DNA of 57,406 nucleotides from a virus (IMGVR_UViG_3300027668_000001:1-57406), one strand, 5' to 3'. Positions 46,242-55,958 are shown, counted from the stretch's first letter. The notes: generated by a model from the sequence alone, not told the origin. Program-made: numbers and translations.

Positions 46242-47333
46242 TTATTTAGTTAGAGAGTTGGAGGCGTATTGACGAAGGAAGTCCATTTGGTCATCTTTAG
46301 ATGAACCTTCTTTAAATGCACGAGCCTTCACCATCTTTTCTTTATCAGCTGCCTTTTTATTAGCAGCCGCTGGTTTCTTAGTTGGAACCTTCTTAGTTGG
46401 AACATCCTTGCGCTTTGCAGCACCTTTATTAATTCCATTCTTTAAACGGCGATAGTCATCAATGAATTTTACAACACTGGGATCTATAACCGAATTTAAA
46501 AGTTCGTCTGCAATACCATTCTCAAGAGCGAACTCTCGAATTTCAACTGCAACCTTTTCGCTAAAGTCGGGGATCATTTGTGGGATTACTTCTTGGAAGT
46601 GTTGCATCTTTGATGTAAACTCTTCTTGTTGAAGTTTTGATTTCTGTTCTTCAACAGTCTTCAAAAGATTCTCACGTGTGTTACGTGCAGCCCAGTATTT
46701 CTGCTGTGCTTGTTCACGCTTGTCTTTGAGATCACTTAGTTCGTAAGTGTCTCCATTCTCCCTAGCTTCTTTGATTTGGGCTTCAACATCATGGTATTCC
46801 TTAGCCAGTTTCTGTTCGTCCACTGTTAGCATTGCATTAGTAGCATCTGACATTTTTGAAATTTCAGATAGCTTAGCAACACGTTCTTCATCAATGGCCT
46901 TACGCGCCTCTCCGAGTTCACGACCCTTTTTAGAGAGTGAAGCATCTGTCTGATAGCCTTTAAGCAGATCAGCAAATGAGACTTCCATTTCTTCCCCATC
47001 AATCTTGACAGAGACCTTGGCATCTAAATCTAAATCATCAACAGTAAACACATTAGCTTCTTGGGTAGGGGCATCAGCGCCATCCTCATCTCCTGTCTCT
47101 TCTGCATCTTCCTCAGACTCTTCATCGCTAACGGCGGCATCTGCTACATCTGGGTCTTCCTCAGCAGTTGCCTCCGGATCCTCGTACTCGATCTCCTCTT
47201 CTGGTAGCGGTACAGAATCATCCCGAAGAAATTCGGTATTAGACAGTACGGCATCTAGGAGCTCTTGTTCGTTTGGACCAGCAGAACTGGGAACATCATC
47301 CTTTGTGGGTAGAGATTCAATTTGTTCTGACAT
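46242..47333 (-). CDS. Capsid scaffolding protein
   Basis: Acidic N-terminus, VKIDGEEMEV..DLLKGYQ, coiled coil; directly upstream of the capsid gene. Confidence 0.85.
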   Translation of the reverse strand: MSEQIESLPTKDDVPSSAGPNEQELLDAVLSNTEFLRDDSVPLPEEEIEYEDPEATAEEDPDVADAAVSDEESEEDAEETGDEDGADAPTQEANVFTVDDLDLDAKVSVKIDGEEMEVSFADLLKGYQTDASLSKKGRELGEARKAIDEERVAKLSEISKMSDATNAMLTVDEQKLAKEYHDVEAQIKEARENGDTYELSDLKDKREQAQQKYWAARNTRENLLKTVEEQKSKLQQEEFTSKMQHFQEVIPQMIPDFSEKVAVEIREFALENGIADELLNSVIDPSVVKFIDDYRRLKNGINKGAAKRKDVPTKKVPTKKPAAANKKAADKEKMVKARAFKEGSSKDDQMDFLRQYASNSLTK

Positions 47334-47339
47334 GTTTTA

Positions 47340-47546
47340 TTATCCTTTCTTTTTAACCGCAGGCTTAATAACCTTTGGTATGGATGTTTCTTTCTTAACG
47401 TCATATCGACTTATTAGGTCATACATCGCTACGAGTTGATTTGAATTTAGTTTAGCTTTACCTGGAGATCGCATAGAATCGTACTCCAACAAGTTAATCA
47501 TACTCTTTAGATTAGCCACTAATTCTTCATAATCAATTTTATTCAT
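47340..47546 (-). CDS. Hypothetical protein
   Basis: Coupled 68-aa ORF. Confidence 0.7.
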   Translation of the reverse strand: MNKIDYEELVANLKSMINLLEYDSMRSPGKAKLNSNQLVAMYDLISRYDVKKETSIPKVIKPAVKKKG

Positions 47547-47845
47547 TCTGTGTTGTCCTCAATGTATGGTACATTTTTTCCGTAGGTTTCAAAGTTAATT
47601 AGTTTTTGTTTAACATCCCCCAGAGAGAGGGCAGAGTTATAGATGAACTCTCTTGTCTTAACTTCATGTGGATCTGTTCCTAACCATGCGGTAAAGTACT
47701 GTACTAGTATTTCTCCGTAAGCTTCGTTGAAAAAACTTTCACGTTGCTCAGAGGAGAATTGCGCACGTACCAGTGCTTCTTTTGCTTGTAGATCCGGATG
47801 TATACCTTTCAGTCCCTTCTCGGCTGCGGCTTTATATTTATCCAT
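47543..47845 (-). CDS. Hypothetical head-module protein
   Basis: 100-aa ORF with SD. Confidence 0.75.
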   Translation of the reverse strand: MDKYKAAAEKGLKGIHPDLQAKEALVRAQFSSEQRESFFNEAYGEILVQYFTAWLGTDPHEVKTREFIYNSALSLGDVKQKLINFETYGKNVPYIEDNTE

Positions 47846-47857
47846 TATGTTTCCTTT

Positions 47858-48082
47858 TTAAGTTCTTTTCTTACCTGACGCTGTTGTAGACCATTTTACT
47901 TTCTTAGGTCCAGTCTTCTTAGCTGCTTCCTTTTTAGTTATCTTTGAAGCTACGCTCTTTGGGCGGCAGGCTGGGTATGCACGTTTAGGTTTTCCCTTTG
48001 CACTCTTACGACCACAGGGCTTTCCAGTTTTTACATCTACCCACTCTTCCCCAAACCACTTACCTAAACCACCTTTATTCAT
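47858..48082 (-). CDS. Lys-rich small protein
   Basis: WFGEEWVD...CGR...YPACRP. Confidence 0.75.
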   Translation of the reverse strand: MNKGGLGKWFGEEWVDVKTGKPCGRKSAKGKPKRAYPACRPKSVASKITKKEAAKKTGPKKVKWSTTASGKKRT

Positions 48083-48255
48083 GACTTAGATACTCTGTTG
48101 TCTGGGCCACTCCAACCACCACCACGTTTCTTGTACTCCTTAGAAGCCCAAGCATTTGCGTATGCGGATGGATATACTTTAAATTTCTTCTTTGCTGCAG
48201 ATTTAACTCTGGACCAAAGGGCTGGGTTATTTGGTTTAGGTGATTTTGCTGCCAT
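48079..48255 (-). CDS. Lys-rich small protein
   Basis: LWSRVK..AK.KF.VYPSAYAN...YKKRGG; start coupled to the upstream stop. Confidence 0.75.
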   Translation of the reverse strand: MAAKSPKPNNPALWSRVKSAAKKKFKVYPSAYANAWASKEYKKRGGGWSGPDNRVSKS

Positions 48256-48545
48256 TACCATTTCACCTTGTCGGCCCAATACGCAGCAGACATCTTACCT
48301 TTTGATATGTTCCTACCATGACGAGCTTTAAAGCTGGCACGTTTAGCTTTCATCTTATCAGACTCTCCCGCTTTAGGTGAACCCGCTGTGGATGCACCCT
48401 GTTCTCCAAACCGTATAGTCTTAATTGTTTCACCTTCTTTGGCAACAACAACATGTGACTTGGTTGCATGTGATGGGGTACGCTTAGGTTTATTATAACC
48501 TGATACACCCGCATTGGTTAATCTTGAATCTTTCTTCTTTGGCAT
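48255..48545 (-). CDS. Lys-rich small protein
   Basis: IRFG...RASFKARH...SAAYWA. Confidence 0.8.
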   Translation of the reverse strand: MPKKKDSRLTNAGVSGYNKPKRTPSHATKSHVVVAKEGETIKTIRFGEQGASTAGSPKAGESDKMKAKRASFKARHGRNISKGKMSAAYWADKVKW

Positions 48546-48554
48546 ACTACCTCC

Positions 48555-49004
48555 TTACAATGGGTTATCCACAAGTGAATCATAGGCTTTCCAGATATCA
48601 TCAACCTCTGTCTTTAAGGTGTTTATAGAATCATCTAACCCATCAGTTATTGTAGTACTCTTTTCAACTTGAGATCTTAGATCCAGCAAAACTTTCTGCT
48701 GCTCTAGGATGTTTTTCATCTGCGTACTAATTGTTGACAGTCTTGTGTTAAGACCCCTAACATCATTGTCTTGAACTGCTTGTTCCAATGCTTGTAAACG
48801 AGATCCTAATTCTCCAGCCTTCTCATCAAATGCTCCTGACTTAGAGACTACAGTTCTAATACCTGACTCTACTGCATAGAACCTTTGAAGTGTATCATAG
48901 CCATAGTATATGCCACCTGATAGTGAACCTAGTAGTGGTAGGGCGGCAGCTAAGTACCAACCCTTGAATGTGAAACCACCAACCTTTAACTCTGTATCTT
49001 CCAT
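48555..49004 (-). CDS. Membrane-anchored coiled-coil protein
   Basis: N-terminal TM helix followed by a coiled coil. Confidence 0.7.
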   Translation of the reverse strand: MEDTELKVGGFTFKGWYLAAALPLLGSLSGGIYYGYDTLQRFYAVESGIRTVVSKSGAFDEKAGELGSRLQALEQAVQDNDVRGLNTRLSTISTQMKNILEQQKVLLDLRSQVEKSTTITDGLDDSINTLKTEVDDIWKAYDSLVDNPL

Positions 49005-49005
49005 A

Positions 49006-49836
49006 TTACATTTCCTTTATAGGAGTGCCATTCTGTTGTATGTAAGTATTGGCCCCATAGATAGCAGTTGCATCCTTCATGTCATTGGTCAGATACCCTG
49101 TCCAACCTGTACCGGCCCCAGACCACGTAATCACAAACTCATCAACGGCTTGCGTGTATGTCACTGCTGTGTACTGTCCTGCGACTAGGTTGTTTGTTGC
49201 TGTGTATGCGTCAATGCTTTTAGTCAATTCGCTGTTGTTAGCAGCCGCCATGAAGGCACCCGCTTGTTGAGCGTACACTTCTACGTTAGTTACTGCTGTA
49301 TTATATGTTGCTACCTCTGCAGCACTAATAGTGTACTTATCGGTTTTCAACATATCTTGCAGTGCAACCTGTTCAGGCTTTGTGTCAGCATCTGCTGCTA
49401 TAGAGGAGACAGATGTTGCAGTAGCCAATAGACCAGTAGCTGTGGTTAGCAGGTCAACAGCCAATGTAAGTTGGTTCATTGAGGCTGTGTGCTCTTGTGT
49501 GAATAACTGCTCAGCATTAGTAGCAGTAGCATAATCATGGGCTACCACTTTATCCAAGGACACTTTGTAGGCTGCATACTGAGCAGCTGTAATCTTACCT
49601 CCATCAAGTGCATTGTCAATGACAACACGCCCCACTTTAGCGTAGCCAACAGCACCATTAGTTAGTTGACCAGATGCAAGTAACCTATTATTAATTAGGT
49701 CTATCGTTCCTTTCAGTTCTGTAATTTTCTGTTGTCCCGTCTGACTGTACGCTTCCGCTCCTAGTACTCCTGAACCGCTCACTAACAGAGCGAGAGTCCC
49801 CGCCGCTATTAGTGTCTTTTGCTTCAATGATCTCAT
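49006..49836 (-). CDS. Putative secreted protein
   Basis: Signal-peptide-like N-terminus; Ala/Thr-rich helical body. Confidence 0.7.
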   Translation of the reverse strand: MRSLKQKTLIAAGTLALLVSGSGVLGAEAYSQTGQQKITELKGTIDLINNRLLASGQLTNGAVGYAKVGRVVIDNALDGGKITAAQYAAYKVSLDKVVAHDYATATNAEQLFTQEHTASMNQLTLAVDLLTTATGLLATATSVSSIAADADTKPEQVALQDMLKTDKYTISAAEVATYNTAVTNVEVYAQQAGAFMAAANNSELTKSIDAYTATNNLVAGQYTAVTYTQAVDEFVITWSGAGTGWTGYLTNDMKDATAIYGANTYIQQNGTPIKEM

Positions 49837-50470
49837 CTGTTATATCCTCTCCAATTCTTAACAAGCTGTCCCAAAAACTTTTATTATTCTCATACCCTAC
49901 TATAAAATCAACAGGGCTATCTCTATATTTATCTATCGCTTTCTTACCCATTAACAGTTTACCTGTAACAACATCTAAGATGGGGCATGGGGTAGACGCG
50001 AGTATCATAGCCTTGAAGACTTTAGGGCTGTCACAAAGAACACTAATTGCTGAGACTTGTAAGCCTAACCCACCTATTTGTTGGGGTGTTCCTAGAAGCC
50101 TTGCATCTTTTCTTCGATTACAGCTTGGATCTTGAGCCATTCCGCCACTAGATAGACCTATAATACTTAGCTGTATACCTACAGATGTGGGTATTAAACA
50201 GCTATCATTACCACCAGCACCCATAACTGTTGGTGCTATTGATGACATAACTGGGGCAGGACTCCCTGCTCCTGTACCATTGTAGTTATTAGTTGCTGTA
50301 GAACTAGCATTGTTACTATCTATTGTGGAGTCTTGATAGTTATTACTAAAGTCTCCGGTAACATCATTCGCGTAAGCAATCGATGTCCAATAGATTATTA
50401 AGATCGGGATCCATACACATAAGTGTAAGAGCAGCCTTCTCCTTTCCGATAATTGATAATGTTTGTGCAT
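49691..50470 (-). CDS. Putative secreted Cys-containing protein (start uncertain)
   Basis: ILIIYWTSIAYA signal-like segment and four spaced Cys. Confidence 0.6.
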   Translation of the reverse strand: MHKHYQLSERRRLLLHLCVWIPILIIYWTSIAYANDVTGDFSNNYQDSTIDSNNASSTATNNYNGTGAGSPAPVMSSIAPTVMGAGGNDSCLIPTSVGIQLSIIGLSSGGMAQDPSCNRRKDARLLGTPQQIGGLGLQVSAISVLCDSPKVFKAMILASTPCPILDVVTGKLLMGKKAIDKYRDSPVDFIVGYENNKSFWDSLLRIGEDITDEIIEAKDTNSGGDSRSVSERFRSTRSGSVQSDGTTENYRTERNDRPN

Positions 50471-50579
50471 CCAAATTCCTCTGACATTTAGGTTGCCCAT
50501 CTGGACAGACCGAGGGGTATTCAATAACAACGGTGGTGCAACTGCAGAGGAAAACTGTTAATATAAACCTAATCACCAT
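50364..50579 (-). CDS. Putative lipoprotein
   Basis: MVIRFILTVFLCSC lipobox-like N-terminus. Confidence 0.5.
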   Translation of the reverse strand: MVIRFILTVFLCSCTTVVIEYPSVCPDGQPKCQRNLDAQTLSIIGKEKAALTLMCMDPDLNNLLDIDCLRE

Positions 50580-50841
50580 TTGCCATTTTCTCTACAGATT
50601 TACGAATAGACTTAATGTTTTCATCTATCCTAGCAGAGATTAGGGCTTGGTTGTGGACAAGAGTTTCTAAATTCTTTATTCTGATCTCATGCCTCACTAT
50701 ATCTCTCGTGTTGTTTTGTACATTATTATCTAGAGATGATACGTACCAGACCAAAGCAATTGTCTGCAATACCACACCAATAAGAAAAGACATCTGAGTA
50801 GCCTTAGTACTCAGTAAATCCCGATTGTCTGATGAACTCAT
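50569..50841 (-). CDS. Membrane protein, possible holin or spanin component
   Basis: One TM helix plus coiled coil. Confidence 0.6.
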   Translation of the reverse strand: MSSSDNRDLLSTKATQMSFLIGVVLQTIALVWYVSSLDNNVQNNTRDIVRHEIRIKNLETLVHNQALISARIDENIKSIRKSVEKMANGD

Positions 50842-51260
50842 TTAGTAAACCCCGCACCAAAATATAGACCAACAATTGCTGATACTATATGCGTATCTAA
50901 CGGAGTAATCACAAATCCAGTAGCTGACTGCCACTGCACTGTTCCATCACCACCAAATATCCAATTAATTATACCACCGTGAACTTCGGTATAACCTACT
51001 ATAACATTAACTTCTGGGTAAAAGACTGCTACCGCTTTCGGTAACACGATGATAGAGAAGACAGCAGCAAGGGCTATGAGCCTCCTTGTCCACGCAAAGT
51101 GAACATCTTTCTGCCCATGCTCCCTCGTCTGCTGCATACCACCAATCATCATCTTTTGTTGTTCAGCTTTATTCTTCGTACTTTGACCCCACATGGACAT
51201 GACACCGCCAAGTACGGTGGAGAAAAGCATTGTAATAAGTTCTAAAGGTAATCCAAACAT
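50838..51260 (-). CDS. Multi-pass membrane protein, holin candidate
   Basis: Three hydrophobic segments; IVGLYFG end. Confidence 0.6.
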   Translation of the reverse strand: MFGLPLELITMLFSTVLGGVMSMWGQSTKNKAEQQKMMIGGMQQTREHGQKDVHFAWTRRLIALAAVFSIIVLPKAVAVFYPEVNVIVGYTEVHGGIINWIFGGDGTVQWQSATGFVITPLDTHIVSAIVGLYFGAGFTK

Positions 51261-51278
51261 TTCTCCACCTCCTGTGGT

Positions 51279-53438
51279 TTATACTTCACCTGCAATCATT
51301 TTTCTTGCAAGGGCTGTTATCTGATTAAAGTCAGGCCGTTGTGGGGATTCAAGACCCTCTTTACGAGCTTTTATGTCAATCTCTGCCCACTGTTGGAAGT
51401 GCTTATCAATAGAGATAGCCAACTGTTTAGTGTTGTCATCCACAGTGTTTTTAGATTGTGCATTAGTAAATACTACATTGGCTTCTGCCAGTGATGTATC
51501 TGCTTCTAACTTACGCTGAGTAATCTCACCATCTTTCTGAGCTTTTTCAGATTGCTGTGTAACAGTTTCAACTGCTTTTTGTTTAAACTCATCTGTTGTA
51601 TAGTCTTCAAGATAATCATGACTATCAATACCCATAGACTCAATTATTTTTGTAGCTAACACAGCAGGTGCTTCCGGTCTGATTACAACACCTTGACCCT
51701 GACTGTTGAGAGCTGGGAGTACTTTACTACCAACCATCTCTAACTTCTTAATCGTGTTTGCGTTTGAGTTCTCACCAATATCTAGAAACACTTCAACATC
51801 CATACGTGATGGCAAGTTCATAATGTTGATATCAGAAAACACACCTTGGTAACTAAACTTAGATTGAGTCTTCAAAGATTTACGCATTGTCTTATAGACA
51901 CCTACACACAGACGTTTCATACCTGTCTCTGCAAACCTACGAGCAATATGCTGAATACGTTTCTGAGATGCAGACTGAACTGCAGCTACTTTTGATTCAC
52001 TATTACCAGACACATACAAGGAATCATTGAGACCTTGCGCAGCCTTAGACATACCCGTTGCTTGTTCCTTGATTGTTTGCAAGTGTGAAAGCAATGGGAC
52101 AGTACCTGAACTGATTGCCTCTGGGGGCATTGCAGCTACAGCACCATTAGGGTTACCGTTAGTTGGGATGATTTGTTTTGGTCTCATGTTTTGGAGAGCA
52201 GAGAAATCAACAACGTTTGGATCGGCAAGCTTTGGTGAGTAGTTTGTAAGGTATGTATTCTCAACAAACCCACGAAGGATTGCTGTAGCAGCGAGTGTGG
52301 ACGATCTTGTGAAGTCAGCTATAGATAAACCATAAAACTCATATGGGATATCAATAGGTGATAGACAAGCTATTGGTATCATATCTACATCACTTTCATA
52401 CAGTATTGTATCACCGACTGTTATGAAATGTTTAAGTTCAGCAACCCCGTCACCATCACGGTCAACGTTGATCCAGCACTCTGTAATAGTAACTTCCCGA
52501 TTAGCTTCAAGTGCAGTGATGTCATCATTCATCCTACCTTGTATAGTACTCTGACCTGTCACTAGCTTACGAGCTGCGATATCTTCAGAGTAACTACCAC
52601 CACCATCCCAAGAGGTGTAATCATCTAGATCATTCCATTCATCTTCATTAATACTATCTGCAACATCAGGCCACATCTTACGGATCTCTGAGCGAGTTAG
52701 TATTGTTTGGATACCTACGAAACTAGCATCATCAATTGATTTAGAATCACGAGAGATCCTGAAAGATTCTGGTGGAATGTTTTCAATCTTAACACGAGAG
52801 TTATCATTCTTACGGCGAATACGTACATCCACATAAACCAACTCAGCATCCTGCTGTCCGGTCTCCATGTTCAACTCACCTAATTCATTTTCATAATTTA
52901 GGTCACCAATGATCTCAACTCCTTCTTCAGCGAGGAGGACATCCAACTGGCCTTGAGAGATCTTTTCGTATTCTTCAAACTCGTAGTCGTAACCTTCTAC
53001 ATAGTCCCACCGAACGATACCATTCTTCCACAGTAATGCACTTTTTATCCAAGTTTGGATAATTTCCCAGCCATTATTCTGCTTAAAGATAGCATAGTTT
53101 GTAATCATAGAGGCATCCTTAGCACTCTTAAAAGAGCCAGGAGAGTTGTCATATGGTACAAATCTAGCCAATCTTCCGTTGTTTAGGAACAGATCAGACA
53201 GGATTGCAGTGTATGCTTCTACAGTTTCTGTAGTAGATGTGTCAACAATACTAGATACACCCTGCGGTGCTAGGTGATCTGCAGCAATACCTGCAAATTC
53301 ATATGTGGATCGTTGACGTTCCTTTGTCATGTCAGAGGAGTTTAACCATTCCCCTGTAGAGTTCATAACACCAGACTCAATTAAATTGATCAGGCTGTCA
53401 TCAGACACTTTCTCTTTATACTTATTACCAGACATCAT
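51279..53438 (-). CDS. Portal protein
   Basis: 719 aa; IENIPPESF, DRDGDGVAEL, EQATG; lies downstream of terL. Confidence 0.9.
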   Translation of the reverse strand: MMSGNKYKEKVSDDSLINLIESGVMNSTGEWLNSSDMTKERQRSTYEFAGIAADHLAPQGVSSIVDTSTTETVEAYTAILSDLFLNNGRLARFVPYDNSPGSFKSAKDASMITNYAIFKQNNGWEIIQTWIKSALLWKNGIVRWDYVEGYDYEFEEYEKISQGQLDVLLAEEGVEIIGDLNYENELGELNMETGQQDAELVYVDVRIRRKNDNSRVKIENIPPESFRISRDSKSIDDASFVGIQTILTRSEIRKMWPDVADSINEDEWNDLDDYTSWDGGGSYSEDIAARKLVTGQSTIQGRMNDDITALEANREVTITECWINVDRDGDGVAELKHFITVGDTILYESDVDMIPIACLSPIDIPYEFYGLSIADFTRSSTLAATAILRGFVENTYLTNYSPKLADPNVVDFSALQNMRPKQIIPTNGNPNGAVAAMPPEAISSGTVPLLSHLQTIKEQATGMSKAAQGLNDSLYVSGNSESKVAAVQSASQKRIQHIARRFAETGMKRLCVGVYKTMRKSLKTQSKFSYQGVFSDINIMNLPSRMDVEVFLDIGENSNANTIKKLEMVGSKVLPALNSQGQGVVIRPEAPAVLATKIIESMGIDSHDYLEDYTTDEFKQKAVETVTQQSEKAQKDGEITQRKLEADTSLAEANVVFTNAQSKNTVDDNTKQLAISIDKHFQQWAEIDIKARKEGLESPQRPDFNQITALARKMIAGEV

Positions 53439-53581
53439 AATGAACCCCTCCCTGTAAGAATCTTCTTGGTATTAGCTAACTCTGCGTAGTCGTAGTCTTT
53501 ACTACCAGCTTTGATAACAGCTTTCTTCTTACTAGGTTTAGGTTCTTTCTTTGGTTCAACTTGTGTTTCATTAAAGCGCAT
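53435..53581 (-). CDS. Lys-rich 48-aa protein (MRFNETQVEPKKEPK...)
   Basis: GGAGGG SD; ATGA overlap with the portal start. Confidence 0.65.
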   Translation of the reverse strand: MRFNETQVEPKKEPKPSKKKAVIKAGSKDYDYAELANTKKILTGRGSL

Positions 53582-53818
53582 AGTTCCCTCCGTGGGTCTA
53601 ACTAACTAACTTGGGACTATGCCCGATTATTATAATTTACAATAGAGACCCACCTCTTATATGGGAGGGGGCCTCTATTTGACGCCTGCCCAGTGTTCAG
53701 CTGTAGTTGGTTGATACCCAAACTACACGGTAGCGAAATTCCATCTGCAAAACAACGTAAAGACCTGAGGTCATGAGACCTCTGGCGTAGCACTTTGCGT
53801 TAGTGCCAGACGATTACT

Positions 53819-53893
53819 TTAGCACTCGCACTTAGTGCAAGGGCATTCACGATTCATTACTGCGCATAGTATGCGTTTCAAATACTTTCTCAT
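53819..53893 (-). CDS. 24-aa Cys-rich peptide MRKYLKRILCAVMNRECPCTKCEC
   Basis: ATGA coupling to the upstream ORF; AAGGTGG SD. Confidence 0.5.
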   Translation of the reverse strand: MRKYLKRILCAVMNRECPCTKCEC

Positions 53894-54057
53894 GTTGCCA
53901 CCTTCTTTGCAGCGGGAGATAAATCCTTCTTGTGAAATAGAAATTTACTACTCGCCGTGTGCTTAGCACCAGACATCATTTTACCCTTAGCATCTTTATG
54001 CGTTGGTCCTTTGCACTCTTTACCATTTTTATAGTAGTGCTTCATTCCTGCAGCCAT
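53890..54057 (-). CDS. Lys/His-rich 55-aa protein (MAAGMKHYYKNGK...)
   Basis: AGGAGG SD; first ORF after the late promoter. Confidence 0.7.
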   Translation of the reverse strand: MAAGMKHYYKNGKECKGPTHKDAKGKMMSGAKHTASSKFLFHKKDLSPAAKKVAT

Positions 54058-54137
54058 TTTAACCTCCTAAATTAGTTGGTGGTTTACCTGCCGCGACCAC
54101 CAGCGCGTTATGAGGACAATGCAGGAATACTTATTCT

Positions 54138-54157
54138 CTATAAGGAACTTAGAGAAT
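54138..54157 (-). promoter_or_regulatory. Late phage-RNAP promoter for the structural operon
   Basis: ATTCTCTAAGTTCCTTATAGAG on the minus strand. Confidence 0.8.
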
Positions 54158-54274
54158 CTTATGCATATCCATAGTATACTTCAAGAAATTCATCTTCATG
54201 GTTAAGGTAGACCATATCATGTGGGATACGACCTTGAACCCAATAATCTAACACCGCACTATAAAAAGCTTCTT

Positions 54275-55927
54275 CTAAATCCATTGAGTATTGTCCGGTT
54301 CCCAATCTGAGATCCTCTCCTTCCATGAAACATTCCTTGTGTTTAGACGATCCCAATGTGTACGTAATACCTCAGCACATATAGCTAGAGCAATGACAGT
54401 ATCGTCACAGCAGCCAGGAGCTGCCTCAGTCTTACCACTAGCTGTAGATATGTAGTCTTTAAGTTCCCTGATTACAATAGGTGAAGGTATCATTATATCT
54501 TCATTATCAATCAGGTTCTTTAGGTTACCAATGATTACAGGTTTAGATGCAGAGGTTGTTCTAAACCCTAGCCTTAGCCCTTCTTCATTAGACACATTAG
54601 CCATCTTTGTTTGTTTGTATAGGTTAAGATAACCCATCTGTTCTAGTTTCTGCAGTGTAGCAATACCCATAGAGTTGGATTCAACTGCTAAGAAAGCATT
54701 GTTATAGTATCTACCTAAGTAGAATAACAACTCACCCCACATACTTGGGTCAATTCGGTTGTTACGATACACTGCTACAATTTCATATTTATTATTCATA
54801 ACGATAGCAGCACTATAGTCTTGACCTACCCCCAAAGAGACATCAGCCCCAATGACATATGGCTCCTCCCACTTAGGATAGTCATAGATAGACAAGTTAC
54901 CTTCCCTATTATCATCAAACATCTTACTCGCTGGATCCCAATCACTACGCTTCTGCTCTGGCCTAGGAACTAGAGAGTTAAGTCTCTCAATATCAAAGAC
55001 ATTAGCACCCGATACAATGAAAGCCTCATCGGCTGTAGCTGGATACTCTTGTTGAAACTTTAACTTACCACCTTCTGCAATCTTCAACCTACGCCAATAC
55101 AGTTGATCTCGGTCTAACTCATAGTTTTCTACTAGAGTCTCCTCTTCTATTGTCAACTCCATACCCAGAGGTGCTGTACGCCTGTATTCAGGGGTTATAA
55201 ACCAAGGTAGGAAGATTGGTAGGTATTCATTCTCCCCAGCAACAGCCCCCTTCCAGAGCCTGTAGAACTCCCCTTGAGCACCATTGGCTGTAGACTCCAA
55301 GATAACCTCAGTTCCTGGTGCCTGGGAGATCCCCTGGAACAGACCGGCCAAAATCTTCTCATCATGTGTCCAAAATGCTACTTCTGATAGGTGAGCAATC
55401 GTTGGTGTAGTCCCACGACCAGCTTCCGGAGAACCCGCTGTATATAAACGATACGAGCCAATAGCATCTCTATCATTATAAGCTGGAGATTGTATTTTAA
55501 TTTCTTTAGCATTAGATGTTATCTCCTTAGGGACTAAATCCCCCTGCATATTACGTATTAAATTCTTAGACATACTAAATAATGCATCAGATGTAGCAGA
55601 ATCATGAGCCATAACTACGCTTCGGGAGTGCGGTGAGAAGTATGACTTCCAAAATACCCTCCCAGCACAGTAAGTACTGATGCCCTGTTGCCTAGCCTTA
55701 AGGATAATAACCCTAACCATGCCTGTAGTCGCTTGTTGTTCTGTGAGAGCCTCTGTAATACGCAGTTGACACTCATTGAATTCAAAAGGTATGAACCCTT
55801 TAGACGTATCCTTAGTAATAATCTGTATTTGTTCTTGAGCGAAAGAAGTAAAGTCATTCTCATACCCCTTTAGCTTGATCCTCTTCTCTTTTTCTTTAAG
55901 AAGAGTCATAACTTCCTTGTTATTCAT
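54275..55927 (-). CDS. terL: Terminase large subunit
   Basis: LKARQQGIST, HLSEVAFW, ESTANG, IGADV, DDTVIA. Confidence 0.95.
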   Translation of the reverse strand: MNNKEVMTLLKEKEKRIKLKGYENDFTSFAQEQIQIITKDTSKGFIPFEFNECQLRITEALTEQQATTGMVRVIILKARQQGISTYCAGRVFWKSYFSPHSRSVVMAHDSATSDALFSMSKNLIRNMQGDLVPKEITSNAKEIKIQSPAYNDRDAIGSYRLYTAGSPEAGRGTTPTIAHLSEVAFWTHDEKILAGLFQGISQAPGTEVILESTANGAQGEFYRLWKGAVAGENEYLPIFLPWFITPEYRRTAPLGMELTIEEETLVENYELDRDQLYWRRLKIAEGGKLKFQQEYPATADEAFIVSGANVFDIERLNSLVPRPEQKRSDWDPASKMFDDNREGNLSIYDYPKWEEPYVIGADVSLGVGQDYSAAIVMNNKYEIVAVYRNNRIDPSMWGELLFYLGRYYNNAFLAVESNSMGIATLQKLEQMGYLNLYKQTKMANVSNEEGLRLGFRTTSASKPVIIGNLKNLIDNEDIMIPSPIVIRELKDYISTASGKTEAAPGCCDDTVIALAICAEVLRTHWDRLNTRNVSWKERISDWEPDNTQWI

Positions 55928-55944
55928 CTGTGTCCCCTATGTAT

Positions 55945-55958
55945 CTATAAGGAACTTA
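55945..55958 (-). promoter_or_regulatory. Late phage-RNAP promoter upstream of terL
   Basis: TCTAAGTTCCTTATAGA on the minus strand. Confidence 0.8.

Noticed and set aside
54070-54130. HDV-like, pistol or twister ribozyme, or ZTP/SAM riboswitch
   Set aside because: A UCCUC element and a pseudoknot are present, but I could not find the P1 partner strand or the conserved cores. It is kept only as an unknown motif.
54159-54356. 65-aa ORF overlapping the end of terL
   Set aside because: A shorter gene from an internal ATG is possible, but I could not support a start or function.
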